Part shown: in pieces, positions 42,424-53,248 of the stretch
Numbering within the stretch: position 1 is the stretch's first letter
Layout: every line of letters starts with the position of its first letter
NCBI GenBank assembly: GCA_963794535.1
Contig: CAWCEI010000013.1
Span: 56,185 to 120,184, forward strand
Source: an uncultured Actinomycetota bacterium
GTDB taxonomy: Bacteria > Actinomycetota > Actinomycetes > Actinomycetales > CAVURS01
Length of the DNA: 64,000 nucleotides
Reading direction: 5' to 3'
Translations under genes and position numbers: made by a program
The notes under the pieces: generated by a model
The model's database searches: none
What the model saw: the letters and a program-made list of their open reading frames with translations, nothing else
Told to the model about the DNA's origin: nothing

Positions 42424-43988
42424 ATGCCGCTAGAGGTTGCCGGGCCACCCGTGCCGCGGTCCGCGGAGATCCTCACCGACGGGGCGCTGGAGTTCGTCGC
42501 CCTCCTCCACGAGCGGTTCGCGGACCGCCGGGACGAGCTGCTGGCGGCCCGCGGGGCCAAGCGGGACGAGGTCGCCCGCACCGGCCGGCTGGACTTCCTG
42601 CCCGGACACGGCGGCCGTCCGCGACGGGGACTGGCAGGTGGCGCCCGCACCGCCGGACCTGCGGGACCGGCGCGTGGAGATCACCGGCCCGACCGAGCGC
42701 AAGATGATGATCAACGCCCTGAACTCCGGGGCGAAGGTCTGGTTGGCCGACCTGGAGGACGCGAACACCCCGCACTGGGCCAACGTCATCGGCGGCCAGG
42801 TCAACCTGTACGACGCGGTCCGCGGCAACGCGTCGTACGACAGCCCGGAAGGCAAGCACTACGAGCTGCGCACCGATGCGCCGCGGCCGACGATCGTCGT
42901 GCGGCCCCGCGGCTGGCACATGGACGAGCGGCACATCACGATCGACGGCCGAGCTGGAGTGGGGGCCTTGGTGGACTTCGGCCTGCAACTTCTTCCACAA
43001 CGCAAAAACGTTGCTGGACAACGGTTCTGGCCCCTACTACTACCTGCCCAAGATGGAGAGCCATCTCGAGGCTCGGCTCTGGAACGACATCTTCACCCTG
43101 GCCCAGGAGCAGCTCGGCATCCCCTACGGCACGGTCCGCGCCACGGTCCTGATCGAGACGATCCCGGCCGCGTTCGAGATGGCGGAGATCCTCTACGAGC
43201 TGCGCGACCACGCGTCCGGGCTCAACGCCGGCCGGTGGGACTACCTGTTCAGCATCATCAAGTACTTCCGCGACGCCGGCCCGGAGTTCGTCATCCCCGA
43301 CCGCGCGTCCGTGACGATGACCGCGCCGTTCATGCGGGCCTACACCGAGCTGCTGGTCCGCACCTGCCACCGCCACGGCGCGTTCGCGATGGGCGGCATG
43401 GCGGCCTTCATCCCCTCGCGCCGCGACCCCGAGGTCAACGCCGTGGCTCTGGCCAAGGTGCGCGAGGACAAGACCCGTGAGGCGCGGGACGGTTTCGACG
43501 GCTCGTGGGTCGCGCATCCGGACCTGGTGGCGATCGCGCAGCCGATCTTCGACGAGGCGTTCGGCGCCGAGCCCAACCAGCTGGGCCGGCTGCGCGAGGA
43601 CGTGCAGGTCGAGGCCGGCCAGCTGATCGACCTCACCGGCATCGACGGCGCGGTGACCAGCGCGGGTCTGCGGGCCAACGTCGATGTCGGTGTCCGCTAC
43701 GTCGCCGCCTGGCTGTCCGGCAACGGCGCGGCCGCGATCCACAACTTGATGGAAGACGCTGCGACAGCGGAGATCTCGCGGTCGCAGATCTGGCAGTGGG
43801 CGCACGGTGGCGTCGCTCTGGCCGACACGGGCGAGACCGTCACGCCGGAGCTGGTGCGGGCGGTGCTCGACGAGATGGCCTTCGACGACCCGCACTACGC
43901 CGACGCCCGCAAGGTCTTCGAGCAGGTGGCCCTGGCCGACGACTTCGCGACCTTCCTGACGACACCGGCGTACGAGCTGATCGACTGA
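42424..43988 (+). CDS. aceB: Malate synthase A; 2-3 apparent frameshifts
   Basis: [76 protein letters not shown] and [12 protein letters not shown] are malate synthase A signatures. Confidence 0.85.
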
Positions 43989-45207
43989 TGCTCGACGAGT
44001 CCTTCATCGACTCCGCTCGACGCCGAGCTGCGGACCGACGACGCCGAGCGCGCGCGGCGCTATCCCGGCGGCTCGCTGCGCCGGCAGCCGGTGCACACCT
44101 GCTACGTCCCGGCCGACGCGTTCGACGCCGGTACGCCGCGCGCCTGGGGTGCGGCCGCGCATCGCGGCCGTCCACGAGCACGGCCCCCTGCCCGGTGTCG
44201 ACGCGCACCCCGGGATGACCGACCGCGTGCTCGACAAGCTCGAGCGCGAGCCGATCGAGGACCTGCGGATCGACTTCGAGGACGGCTACGGGGTGCGGCC
44301 CGACGCCGACGAGGACGCCGCCGCCCGTGCGGCCGCGGCGGCGCTGCGGGAGATGGCCGACGATGGCACGGCCCCACCGTTCAGCGGCCTCCGGATGAAG
44401 TGCCTCGAGGGACCGGTCCGCCGGCGCGGGATGCGCACCCTGCAGCTGTTCCTCGACGGCCTGCTCGTGGACGGCCCACTGCCGGAGGGCTTCCGGGTGA
44501 CCCTGCCCAAGGTCACGTCCGTGGCCCAGGTCGAGGTGATGGCGCGCCTGTGCGCCGCTCTCGAGTCGGCCCACGGCCTGGACCGGCTGCCGTTCGAGAT
44601 CCAGGTGGAAACGCCCCAGGCCATCCTCGGTCCCGCCGGCACCGCCCTCATCGCCCCGATGATCGAGGCGACCGGCGGGCGCTGCGCGGGACTGCACTAC
44701 GGCACCTACGACTACAGCGCGTCGGTCGGTGTCGCCGCGGCGTTCCAGTCGATGGAGCACCCGGCCGCCGACCACGCGAAGGCCGTGATGCAGCTCGCCG
44801 CGGCCGGCACCGGCGTGCCGATCTCGGACGGCTCGACCAACATCCTCCCGGTCGGTGACACCGAGTCGGTCCGCGCGGCCTGGCGGCTGCACGCGCGGCT
44901 GGTCCGGCGCTCGCTCGAGCGGGCCTACTACCAGGGCTGGGACCTCCACCCGGCCCAGCTGCCGACCCGCTACGCCGCCACGTTCGGGTTCTACCGGGAC
45001 GGCCTCGAGGCGGCCGGGCGGCGGCTGCGGACCTACCTGGACAAGTCGGCCAGCGAGGTGATGGACGAGCCGGCGACCGCGCTCGCGCTCGCCGGCTACC
45101 TGGTCCGCGGCCTGGACGCCGGCGCCGTCAGCGAGGCCGAGGTCGCGGCCGGCTCCGGGCTCGACCGGGCGGCACTCGACGCGCTGGCCCGCAAACCGTC
45201 GCCCTGA
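43988..45207 (+). CDS. HpcH/HpaI aldolase / citrate-lyase-beta (CitE)-like protein, DUF6986-type; 2 apparent frameshifts near the 5' end
   Basis: The ATG overlaps the aceB stop (TGATG). CitE-like motifs are IEDLRIDFEDGYG, RVTLPKVTSVAQVE, FEIQVETPQAI and LHYGTYDYSASVG. Confidence 0.55.
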
Positions 45208-45208
45208 G

Positions 45209-45670
45209 TCAGGGAGTGACCGCGCGCTCGGGCAGCCCCGGGAACGGCACGCTGAAGCCGCGCCACTGCGTGGCCCGCACCGCGCACTGACCCAGGGCCA
45301 GGGCGGCGACCTGCCGGTCACCGTTCGAGCTGGCCGCGACCAGGTCCGCGTACGCCGCCGCGACCCCCTGCTCCAGCGCCGTCGCCAGGCGGGCCGCGCT
45401 CGCCGGGTCGGTCACCGCGAACGGCAGCTCGTACGCCGGCTCGGCCGGCGGCACGCTGGCCCCGGCCCCGGCGAGCGCAGCCCGGAGCAGCGGTTGCTGG
45501 GCCTGGTGCCAGACCAGGCCGCGTGTTGCCTGGACCCGCGTCGCACCATAGGAGTGAGCCCCCACGACCCCGTACCCGTACGCCGCGGCGTACTCCGCGG
45601 CGAGCGCTGTCCGGGTCGCCGTCACGGCCTCGGCCGACAGTGGTGCGACGACCGATCCGGCGGCGCTCAT
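45209..45670 (-). CDS. Ferritin-like DUF4439 protein
   Basis: Intact 153-aa segment starting MSAAGS.. The pattern TALAAEYAAAYGYGVVGAH..ALEQGVAAAYADLVA is typical of DUF4439. ATGA overlap with the upstream gene. Confidence 0.55.
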   Translation of the reverse strand: MSAAGSVVAPLSAEAVTATRTALAAEYAAAYGYGVVGAHSYGATRVQATRGLVWHQAQQPLLRAALAGAGASVPPAEPAYELPFAVTDPASAARLATALEQGVAAAYADLVAASSNGDRQVAALALGQCAVRATQWRGFSVPFPGLPERAVTP

Positions 45671-46264
45671 CCGGCCTGCCTCGTCGACGTACCAGTGGGT
45701 TTCGTGGTTCGAGGCCGGGCCGGCAACCGGGCCAGGACGGTCAGGTGGGCCGAGCTGCACGCCGCGATCGAGGCGAGCAGCCGCGCGGCGGCCGGGCTCA
45801 CCGAAGCGAGGTCGGCCAGGGCGGCTGAGGTCGACGACCGCTCGGCCTGGCTCAGGGCACTCAGCAGGGTGGTCGCGGTCAGCTGCGGGCGCCGTCGGCG
45901 ACGGGGTCGGCGATGGGCTGGTCGTGCTGGTCGGGGTTGACGACACCAGCAGGGACTGGAGGGCCTGCCCGTGGGCGGTGTGGTCGGCGGCCAGCTGGCG
46001 CAGGGCGGGGTCGAGGTCGGGCCGGAGCCGGGCCGCCTGCGCATAGAGGGTGGCCAGCCGGCCGGCCCGGCCGGCCGCCCGACCCAGCGCCAGCTCGTCC
46101 GCTGTCGGCTCCGGGGCCGCCTGGTGCTGTGGTTTCGCCGGTTCGCCCACCCGCAGCCGGCAGCCGGAGGTGCCGACCAGCACGGCCGCCCCGGCCCCCG
46201 CGAGCCCGGCGCCCAGGACGGCACGCCGTCCCAACGGCACGGCCGGGGTCCGGGGGACAGGCAT
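45667..46264 (-). CDS. Tat-signal lipoprotein, probable second ferritin-like (DUF4439-type) protein; 1-2 apparent frameshifts
   Basis: The N-terminus reads MPVPRTPAVPLGRRAVLGAGLAGAGAAVLVGTSGC. It continues ..ELALGRAAGRAGRLATLYAQAARLRPDLDPALRQLAADHTAHGQAL.. and then in another frame ..LLSALSQAERSSTSAALADLASVSP.. Confidence 0.45.
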
Positions 46265-46387
46265 CGCAGGATGATCGCACGCGCGTCGGCGCGGCCGACG
46301 CTCCCGGCTCGGTAGGCTGGCCGCAAGGAAGGCAGCGGATCCTCGCCGCCTCGCAGTGGGACCTACTCGAGAACAGCGCGGCAGGAG

Positions 46388-46996
46388 GTGGCGGCCATGG
46401 CACGAAGAGCAGGCAGCACCCCGCCCCCGACGGGCGTTGAACTGGCACTGACCGAACACCTGCTGCCCGCGCTCGCCGCGGACGGCCTGGTGGTCGAGGA
46501 GCTCCGGCTCACCCCGGCCGGCAAGCGGCGGATCCTCAAGGTCCTGATCGACCGGGACCCCTACGCCGAGCGGGCCGGCTCGGCCGGAGCGCCGATGCCG
46601 GCGGCCGACGTCCCGATCGACGGGCTCAGCCTGGACGAGGTGGCCGAGGCCTCCCGTCTGGTCAGTGAGCAGCTGGACCGGTTGACCGGCGAGGGCGACC
46701 CGCTCGACGGGACGCCGTACACGCTGGAGGTCTCCTCACCCGGGATCGAGCGGCCACTGACGCTGCCCCGGCACTACCGGCGCAACGTCGGCCGGCTGGT
46801 CGACCTGGAGACGGCGGACGGCTCGACCCTGCGCTGCCGGATCACGGCCGCGACGCCGGACTCGGTCACGGTCGAGACCAGCCACGGGCCGCGTGAGCTG
46901 GGCTGGGCCGACGTCCTGAGCGCATCCGTGCAGGTGGAGTTCCGGCGGGCTGCGGCGACTCCCGAGCCGTCGCCGGATCTGGACGAGGAGGGCTGA
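46388..46996 (+). CDS. rimP: Ribosome maturation factor RimP
   Basis: Intact ORF directly upstream of nusA with RimP-like sequence (..[40 protein letters not shown]). The start is GTG 46388 or ATG 46397. Confidence 0.8.
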   Translation: MAAMARRAGSTPPPTGVELALTEHLLPALAADGLVVEELRLTPAGKRRILKVLIDRDPYAERAGSAGAPMPAADVPIDGLSLDEVAEASRLVSEQLDRLTGEGDPLDGTPYTLEVSSPGIERPLTLPRHYRRNVGRLVDLETADGSTLRCRITAATPDSVTVETSHGPRELGWADVLSASVQVEFRRAAATPEPSPDLDEEG

Positions 46997-46997
46997 C

Positions 46998-47975
46998 ATG
47001 GATATCGACCTGGCCGCGCTGCGCGCCCTCGTCCGCGAGAAGGACATCTCGCTGCCCGTCCTCGTGTCGGCGATCGAGCAGGCCCTCCTGGTCGCCTACC
47101 ACCGCACGGAGGGCGCCAACAAGCACGCCCGCGTGGAGCTCGACACCAAGAGCGGGCATGTCGTCGTGTGGGCCCACGAGCAGGACGAGCAAGGTGTGCC
47201 CGGCCCCGAGTTCGACGACACCCCAGCGGGTTTCGGCCGGATCGCGGCCACGACGGCCCGCCAGGTGATCGTCCAGCGGCTACGCGACCTCGAGGACGAG
47301 CAGGTGCTCGGCGAGTTCGCCGGCCGTGAGGGCGACATCGTCGCCGGGGTCATCCAGCAGGGCCGCGACCCGCGCAACGTCATGGTCGACCTGGGGTCGG
47401 TCGAGGGGCTGCTGCCGGAGTCCGAGCAGGTGCCGGGCGAGCGCTATGAGCACGGCGAGCGGCTGCGCTGCTATGTCCTGAGCGTGCGCAAGGGGCTGCG
47501 CGGCCCGCAGATCGGCCTGTCCCGGTCCCATCCCGGGCTGGTCCGCAAGCTGTTCGCGCTCGAGGTGCCCGAGATCGCCGACGGTCGGGTCGAGATCGCC
47601 GCCCTGGCCCGGGAGTCCGGGCACCGGACCAAGATCGCCGTCCGCACGGCCGTCCCCGGGCTGAACGCCAAGGGCTCCTGCATCGGGCCGATGGGGCAGC
47701 GGGTCCGGGCCGTCATGGCCGAGCTGCACGGCGAGAAGATCGACATCGTCGACTTCTCCGACGACCCGGCCGACTTCGTCGCCAGCGCCCTCTCACCGGC
47801 CAAGGTGTCATCGGTCCAGGTGGTCGACGCGAGCGCCCGGTCGGCCCGGGTGATCGTCCCGGACTACCAGCTCTCGCTCGCGATCGGCAAAGAGGGGCAG
47901 AACGCCCGGCTGGCGGCCAAGCTGACCGGCTGGCGGATCGACATCCGGCCGGACACCGCCCCCGAGCCGCGCTGA
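46998..47975 (+). CDS. nusA: Transcription termination/antitermination factor NusA
   Basis: Intact 325-aa ORF with S1 and KH domains (..[10 protein letters not shown].., ..[26 protein letters not shown].., [23 protein letters not shown]). Confidence 0.9.
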   Translation: MDIDLAALRALVREKDISLPVLVSAIEQALLVAYHRTEGANKHARVELDTKSGHVVVWAHEQDEQGVPGPEFDDTPAGFGRIAATTARQVIVQRLRDLEDEQVLGEFAGREGDIVAGVIQQGRDPRNVMVDLGSVEGLLPESEQVPGERYEHGERLRCYVLSVRKGLRGPQIGLSRSHPGLVRKLFALEVPEIADGRVEIAALARESGHRTKIAVRTAVPGLNAKGSCIGPMGQRVRAVMAELHGEKIDIVDFSDDPADFVASALSPAKVSSVQVVDASARSARVIVPDYQLSLAIGKEGQNARLAAKLTGWRIDIRPDTAPEPR

Positions 47976-48023
47976 CTCCGGACACCAGGTTTCGCTGGAC
48001 GAGCACGAGGCAGCAGCGCAGGG

Positions 48024-48398
48024 GTGAGCTCCGCCGGGAAGGTTCCACCGGCCGAAGGCGCTATGGTGGACGTGACCGTTCGCCCCGGGCGACGGCCTGC
48101 CAGCGTGCCTGAGCGCACCTGCGTCGGCTGTCGGACCAGAGCGCCTCGGTCGGTCCTGATGCGGATCGTCGCAGCCCCGACCGGTGATGGCACGTTCGTC
48201 GCCGAGCTCGACCTGCGGCGCCGGCGTCCCGGGCGTGGCTCCTGGCTGCATCCCTCGCCGGACTGCCTCGACCTCGCACTGCGTCGCCGGGCGTTCGTGC
48301 GGGCCCTGCGACTCGCGGGCCCGCTCGACACCACGGCGCTCAGCGCGGCGTTGACGCCGTACGCCGTCTCTGACCAGCACGAGAACCACCAGCACTAG
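48024..48398 (+). CDS. ylxR: YlxR/DUF448 family RNA-binding protein
   Basis: ERTCVGCRTRAPRSVLMRIV motif, and the position between nusA and infB. The start could be ATG 48063. Confidence 0.75.
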   Translation: MSSAGKVPPAEGAMVDVTVRPGRRPASVPERTCVGCRTRAPRSVLMRIVAAPTGDGTFVAELDLRRRRPGRGSWLHPSPDCLDLALRRRAFVRALRLAGPLDTTALSAALTPYAVSDQHENHQH

Positions 48399-48485
48399 CA
48401 GCACCGCACCACCAGCACGACCACACACCAGGTCGCAGCCCCACGCTGCGGCGCCGTTCGGAACCGGAAGCGGGTTACAGCGCTG

Positions 48486-48531
48486 ATGAGCACCCGATGA
48501 GCACCCAGCAATGAGCACCCCCGAGCACTAA
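48486..48531 (+). other. Three nested mini-ORFs built on a triplicated ATGAGCACCC unit in the infB leader
   Basis: The first ORF is ATG AGC ACC CGA TGA (48486-48500). The second is ATG AGC ACC CAG CAA TGA (48497-48514). The third is ATG AGC ACC CCC GAG CAC TAA (48511-48531). Each stop overlaps the next ATG (ATGA). Confidence 0.5.
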
Positions 48532-48603
48532 CCGGTCCGCCGCCTGATCTGCGTCGCCTCTCGACAACAGGCCCGGACCACCGAAAACGCAGACAGGAGC
48601 AAC

Positions 48604-51415
48604 GTGCCAAAGGTCCGGGTCTATGAGCTCGCCAAAGAGCTCGGAGTCGAGAGCAAGGTCGTCATGACCAAGCTCCAGGAGATGGGCGAGTTCGTGCGCA
48701 GCGCGTCCTCGACCGTCGAGCCCCCCGTCGTACGCCGGTTGCGGACCGAGATGCCGGCGGTCACCGCCGCCCCCGCCCCGGCCCCGGCGAAGAAGGCCGC
48801 CCCGCGCAAGGCGGCGGCCACGCCGGCCGCGCCGGCCGCACCGGTCGAAACCCCCACCGCCACCGTGGTGGACCAGCCGGCCGCAACGGCGGTCGAGCCG
48901 GTCGCACCGGTCGCCCCGACCGGCCGCAGCCTCGGCCACGCCGAGCCCGGCACCCGCCGCTCCGGCGGCACCCGCAGCCCCGGCCGAGTCCGCCGCTGCC
49001 GCGACCACGAGCCCGGCCGGCACCGACAGTGACGCCGACGCCGGCCATGCCGGGTCGGCCCCCGCAGAGGGCGCGCCGCGCCCCGGCAACAACCCGTTCG
49101 CCCCGAGCCAGGGCATGCCGCGTCCCGGCGGCCCCCGCCCGGGCAACAACCCGTTCGCGCCGAGCCAGGGCATGCCCCGTCCCGGCCAGCGTCCCGGCGG
49201 TCCCCGCCCGGGTGGCCCGCGGCCGAGCCCGGGCAGCATGCCGACCCGCGCCACGCCCGGGATGATGCCCGGTCGTGACGCCCGCCCGGCCGGTCCCGGC
49301 CGGCCCGGAGCGCCCAGCCGGACCGGTGGTCCCGGCGGTGGCCGTCCTGGTGGTCCCGGTGGCGGTGGCTTCGGCGGCCGTCCCGGTGGTCCCGGTGGCG
49401 GCCCGGCGGCGGTGGGGGTGGCGGCGGTTTCGCCGGTCGTCCCGGTGGTGGCGGCGGTGGCCGCGGCGGCCGCGGCGGCACCCAGGGTGCGTTCGGTCGC
49501 GGTGGTGGCCGGCCGGTCCGGGGCCGCAAGTCCAAGCGGCAGAAGCGCCAAGAGTTCGACAACATGCAGGCTCCGTCGCTCGGCGGCGTCACGGTTCCCC
49601 GCGGCGACGGCTCGACCGTCGTACGGATCCGCCGTGGCTCCTCGCTGAGCGACTTCGCCGACCGGATCGGCGCCAACCCGGCCAGCCTGGTCACGGTGCT
49701 GTTCCACCTCGGTGAGATGGCGACCGCGACCCAGTCCGTCGACGAGGACACCTTCCGCCTGCTCGGGGCCGAGCTGGGCTACGAGATCCAGGTCGTGTCC
49801 CCCGAGGAGGAGGAGCGCGAGCTGCTCGACTCCTTCAACATCGACCTCGACGCCGAGCTGGCCGCCGAGGGTGACGAGGACCTGCAGCCCCGGCCGCCGG
49901 TCGTCACGGTCATGGGTCACGTCGACCACGGCAAGACCCGCCTGCTGGACGCGATCCGCAACGCCGAGGTCGCAGCCGGCGAGGCGGGCGGCATCACCCA
50001 GCACATCGGCGCCTACCAGGTCCACACCGAGCACGAGGGTGCCGACCGGGCCATCACGTTCATCGACACCCCGGGTCACGAGGCCTTCACGGCCATGCGA
50101 GCCCGTGGTGCGCAGGTGACCGACATCGCGGTGCTCGTCGTCGCGGCCGATGACGGCGTCATGCCGCAGACCATCGAGGCGCTGAACCACGCCCAGGCGG
50201 CCGACGTGCCGATCGTCGTGGCGGTCAACAAGATCGACAAGGAAGGCGCCAACCCGGACAAGATCCGGCAGCAGCTGACCGAGTACAACCTGGTCGCGGA
50301 GGAGTACGGCGGCGACACCATGTTCGTCAACGTCTCCGCCCGCACCGGCGAGAACATCGACCAGCTGCTCGAGGCGGTCCTGCTGACCGCAGACGCCGCC
50401 CTGGACCTGCGGGCCAACCCCGACAAGGACGCCCGCGGTGTCGCCATCGAGGCGCACCTGGACAAGGGCCGCGGCTCCGTCGCCACGGTGCTGGTCCAGT
50501 CCGGCACCCTGAACGTCGGCGACTCGATCGTCACCGGGCACGCCTACGGGCGGGTGCGGGCGATGCTCGACGAGCACGGCGTCGCCATCGAGCGCGGCCA
50601 CGCCGTCGCGTCCGGTCCAGGTGCTCGGGCTCACGTCCGTGCCCGGCGCCGGTGACACCTTCCTGGTGGCGCCGGACGACCGTACGGCGCGCCAGATCGC
50701 CGAGAAGCGTGAGGCTGCCGACCGGCAGGCCGCGCTGGCGAAGGCGCGCAAGCGGATCAGCCTGGAGGACCTCAACGAGGCGCTCGCGGCCGGCAAGGTC
50801 GAGACGCTCAACCTGATCCTCAAGGGCGACGTCTCGGGTTCGGTCGAGGCGCTGGAGGACGCGCTGCTGCAGATCGACGTCGGCGACGAGGTGGATCTGC
50901 GGATCATCGACCGCGGAGTCGGTGCGATCACGCTGAACAACATCAACCTGGCGGTCGCGTCGGACGCGATCATCCTCGGCTTCAACGTGCGGGCCGAAGG
51001 CCAGAACGCCGACGTCGCCGACCGCGAGGGCGTGGAGATCCGGTACTACTCGGTGATCTACCAGGCGATCGACGACATCGAGGCCGCGCTCAAGGGCATG
51101 CTCAAGCCGGAGTTCGAGGAGGTGCAGCTCGGCACGGCCGAGGTGCGCGAGGTCTTCCGCTCCAGCCGGTTCGGCAGCGTCGCGGGTTCGCTGGTGCGCA
51201 GCGGGGAGATCCGCCGCAACGCCAAGGCCCGCCTGCTGCGCGACGGTGTCGTGGTCGCGGACAACCTGGAGATCGCCGGTCTTCGGCGGTTCAAGGACGA
51301 TGCCACCGAGGTCCGCGAGGGCTTCGAGTGCGGGATCAACCTGGGGTCGTTCAACGACATCAAGATCGACGACGTCATCCAGACCTTCGAGCTGCGCGAG
51401 AAGCCTCGCGCCTGA
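48604..51415 (+). CDS. infB: Translation initiation factor IF-2; about 5 apparent frameshifts
   Basis: The N-terminus reads [31 protein letters not shown] and is followed by a Pro/Gly-rich linker. The G domain reads [30 protein letters not shown]. The C-terminal domains (..[22 protein letters not shown]..) lie in successive frames. Confidence 0.9.
49079..49192 (+). repeat. 57-bp (19-codon) in-frame tandem duplication in the IF-2 linker
   Basis: GGCAACAACCCGTTCGC.CCGAGCCAGGGCATGCC.CGTCCCGGC occurs at 49085.. and again at 49142... It encodes [16 protein letters not shown] twice. Confidence 0.85.
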
Positions 51416-51429
51416 CGGGGGAGCCGGAC

Positions 51430-51729
51430 GTGGTAGTCGGCACCTTGTGGGCGGACCTTCTCCTCGGCGACGTGCACTCGCTGAAGGAGAAGCGCTCGCT
51501 CGTCCGACCGGTCGTGGCCGAGCTGCGCCGGCGGTTCGAGGTGTCGGCGGCCGAGACCGGCGCCCTGGACCTCCACCGGCGGTGTGAGCTCGCGGTCGCC
51601 GTGGTCGCCTCGACCCACGCCCATGTGGTCGAGGTGCTGGATGCCTGCGAGCGGCTGGTGGCCGGCCGGCCGGAACTGGAGCTGCTCGGCGTACGACGGT
51701 GGGTGCTCGACGATGACGACCTTGCTTGA
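51430..51729 (+). CDS. DUF503 family protein
   Basis: VVVGTLWADLLLGDVHSLKEKRSLVRPVV is the DUF503 signature. The gene sits between infB and rbfA. The start is set at GTG 51430. Confidence 0.7.
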   Translation: MVVGTLWADLLLGDVHSLKEKRSLVRPVVAELRRRFEVSAAETGALDLHRRCELAVAVVASTHAHVVEVLDACERLVAGRPELELLGVRRWVLDDDDLA

Positions 51730-51756
51730 TCGGGACGAGGACGACGAGGAGAGACG

Positions 51757-52206
51757 ATGGTCGACACCGCACGGGCGCTGAAGATGGCGGACCGGGTCAA
51801 GGTGATCGTTGCCGAGATGCTCGAGACCCGGGTCAAGGACCCGCGGCTCGGCTTCATCACGATCACCGACGCCCGGATGACCGGCGACCTGCAGCACGCG
51901 ACGCTGTTCTACACGGTGCTCGGCACGGCGGACGAGCAGGCGGCGACCGCCGCAGCCCTCGAGAGCGCCAAGGGCGTCCTGCGCAGTGAGGTCGGCAAGC
52001 AGACCGGGCTGCGGCTGACCCCGACGCTGGAGTTCCTGGCCGACGCCGTACCGGAGAACGCCTCGCACATCGACGAGCTGCTCGCGGCGGCCGCGGCGCG
52101 CGACGCCGAGGTCGCGGCGCTGGCCAGCGACAAGACGTTCGCCGGCGACGCGGACCCCTACCGGCATCCGCTGGAGGACCCCGACGACGACGCGGACGAC
52201 GCCTGA
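51757..52206 (+). CDS. rbfA: 30S ribosome-binding factor RbfA
   Basis: Intact 149-aa [50 protein letters not shown] is RbfA-like. Confidence 0.85.
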   Translation: MVDTARALKMADRVKVIVAEMLETRVKDPRLGFITITDARMTGDLQHATLFYTVLGTADEQAATAAALESAKGVLRSEVGKQTGLRLTPTLEFLADAVPENASHIDELLAAAAARDAEVAALASDKTFAGDADPYRHPLEDPDDDADDA

Positions 52207-52260
52207 CGACGCTCACGACGCGGACGAGGCTCACGACCTGGACGACGAAGCCGTCCACGA

Positions 52261-53153
52261 GTGAGCGCCGCGCCGTCGGGGATTCTCGTCGTCGACAAGC
52301 CCGCCGGCTGGACCAGCCACGACGTCGTGGGCCGGGTCCGCCGCCTGGCCGGCACCCGCAAGGTCGGTCATGCCGGAACGCTCGACCCGATGGCTACCGG
52401 AGTTCTGGTGCTCGGCCTGGGGCCGGGCACGCGGCTGCTGACCTACCTGGTCGGGGCCGACAAGACCTACGAGGCGACCATCCGGCTCGGTGTCTCGACG
52501 GTCACCGACGACGCCGAGGGCGACCTGCTCGCGTCCGCCGACGCTTCGAGGGTCCCTCCGGACCGGCTGGCCGCCGCGGTGGCCGCGCTGACCGGCCCGA
52601 TCGAGCAGCGGCCCAGCGCCGTCAGCGCGATCAAGGTCGACGGCAAGCGGGCCTACGCCCGGGTGCGGGCCGGCGAGCAGGTCGAGCTCAAGGCCCGGCC
52701 GGTCACTGTCCACCGGTTCGAGCTGTCCGGCCGCCGGCCCGGCGAGCTGGCCGGGTCGGGCGTCCTCGACCTCGATGTCGAGGTCGAGGTCAGCTCGGGC
52801 ACCTACGTCCGGGCCCTGGCTCGTGACCTCGGCGACGCCCTCGGGCGTCGGCGGGCACCTGACGGCCCTGCGCCGGACCCGGGTCGGCCCGTTCGGGCTC
52901 GATGTCGCGCGCACCGCTGCCCGAGCTGGAGCAGGACTTCGGCTACGAGCCCCTGGCGACCGCGGCCCGGGCCGCCTTCCCGGCCCGGGAGCTGGCGCCG
53001 AGCGGAGGTGCAGGCGCTGCGCTACGGCCAGGTCTGGACCCGACCGGTTCGGGGGAGACCCCGGTGGCCGGCTTCGGGCCGGACGGGGACCTGGTCGCGC
53101 TGCTGCACGACGTGGACGGCCGGGCCCGGTCGCTGTTCGTCGTACCGGCCTGA
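52261..53153 (+). CDS. truB: tRNA pseudouridine(55) synthase TruB; 3-4 apparent frameshifts
   Basis: GILVVDKPAGWTSHDVVGRVRRLAGTRKVGHAGTLDPMATGVL (catalytic Asp) and SSGTYVRALARDLG. The C-terminal third is split over three frames. Confidence 0.85.
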
Positions 53154-53248
53154 GCCCTTCGCCCCATCCGACATCGTCGGGAATGCCTCTTGACGTCGAC
53201 TGGTTACCGATATATCGTCAACGCATCAAGACAGATCGGAGTAACATC

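Noticed and set aside
48486-48531. Triplicated ATGAGCACCC considered as a CRISPR-like or other interspaced repeat array
   Set aside because: The units are only 10 nt with 1-4 nt spacers, there are three copies, and no cas genes are present. This is a micro-tandem repeat, reported instead as a leader oddity.
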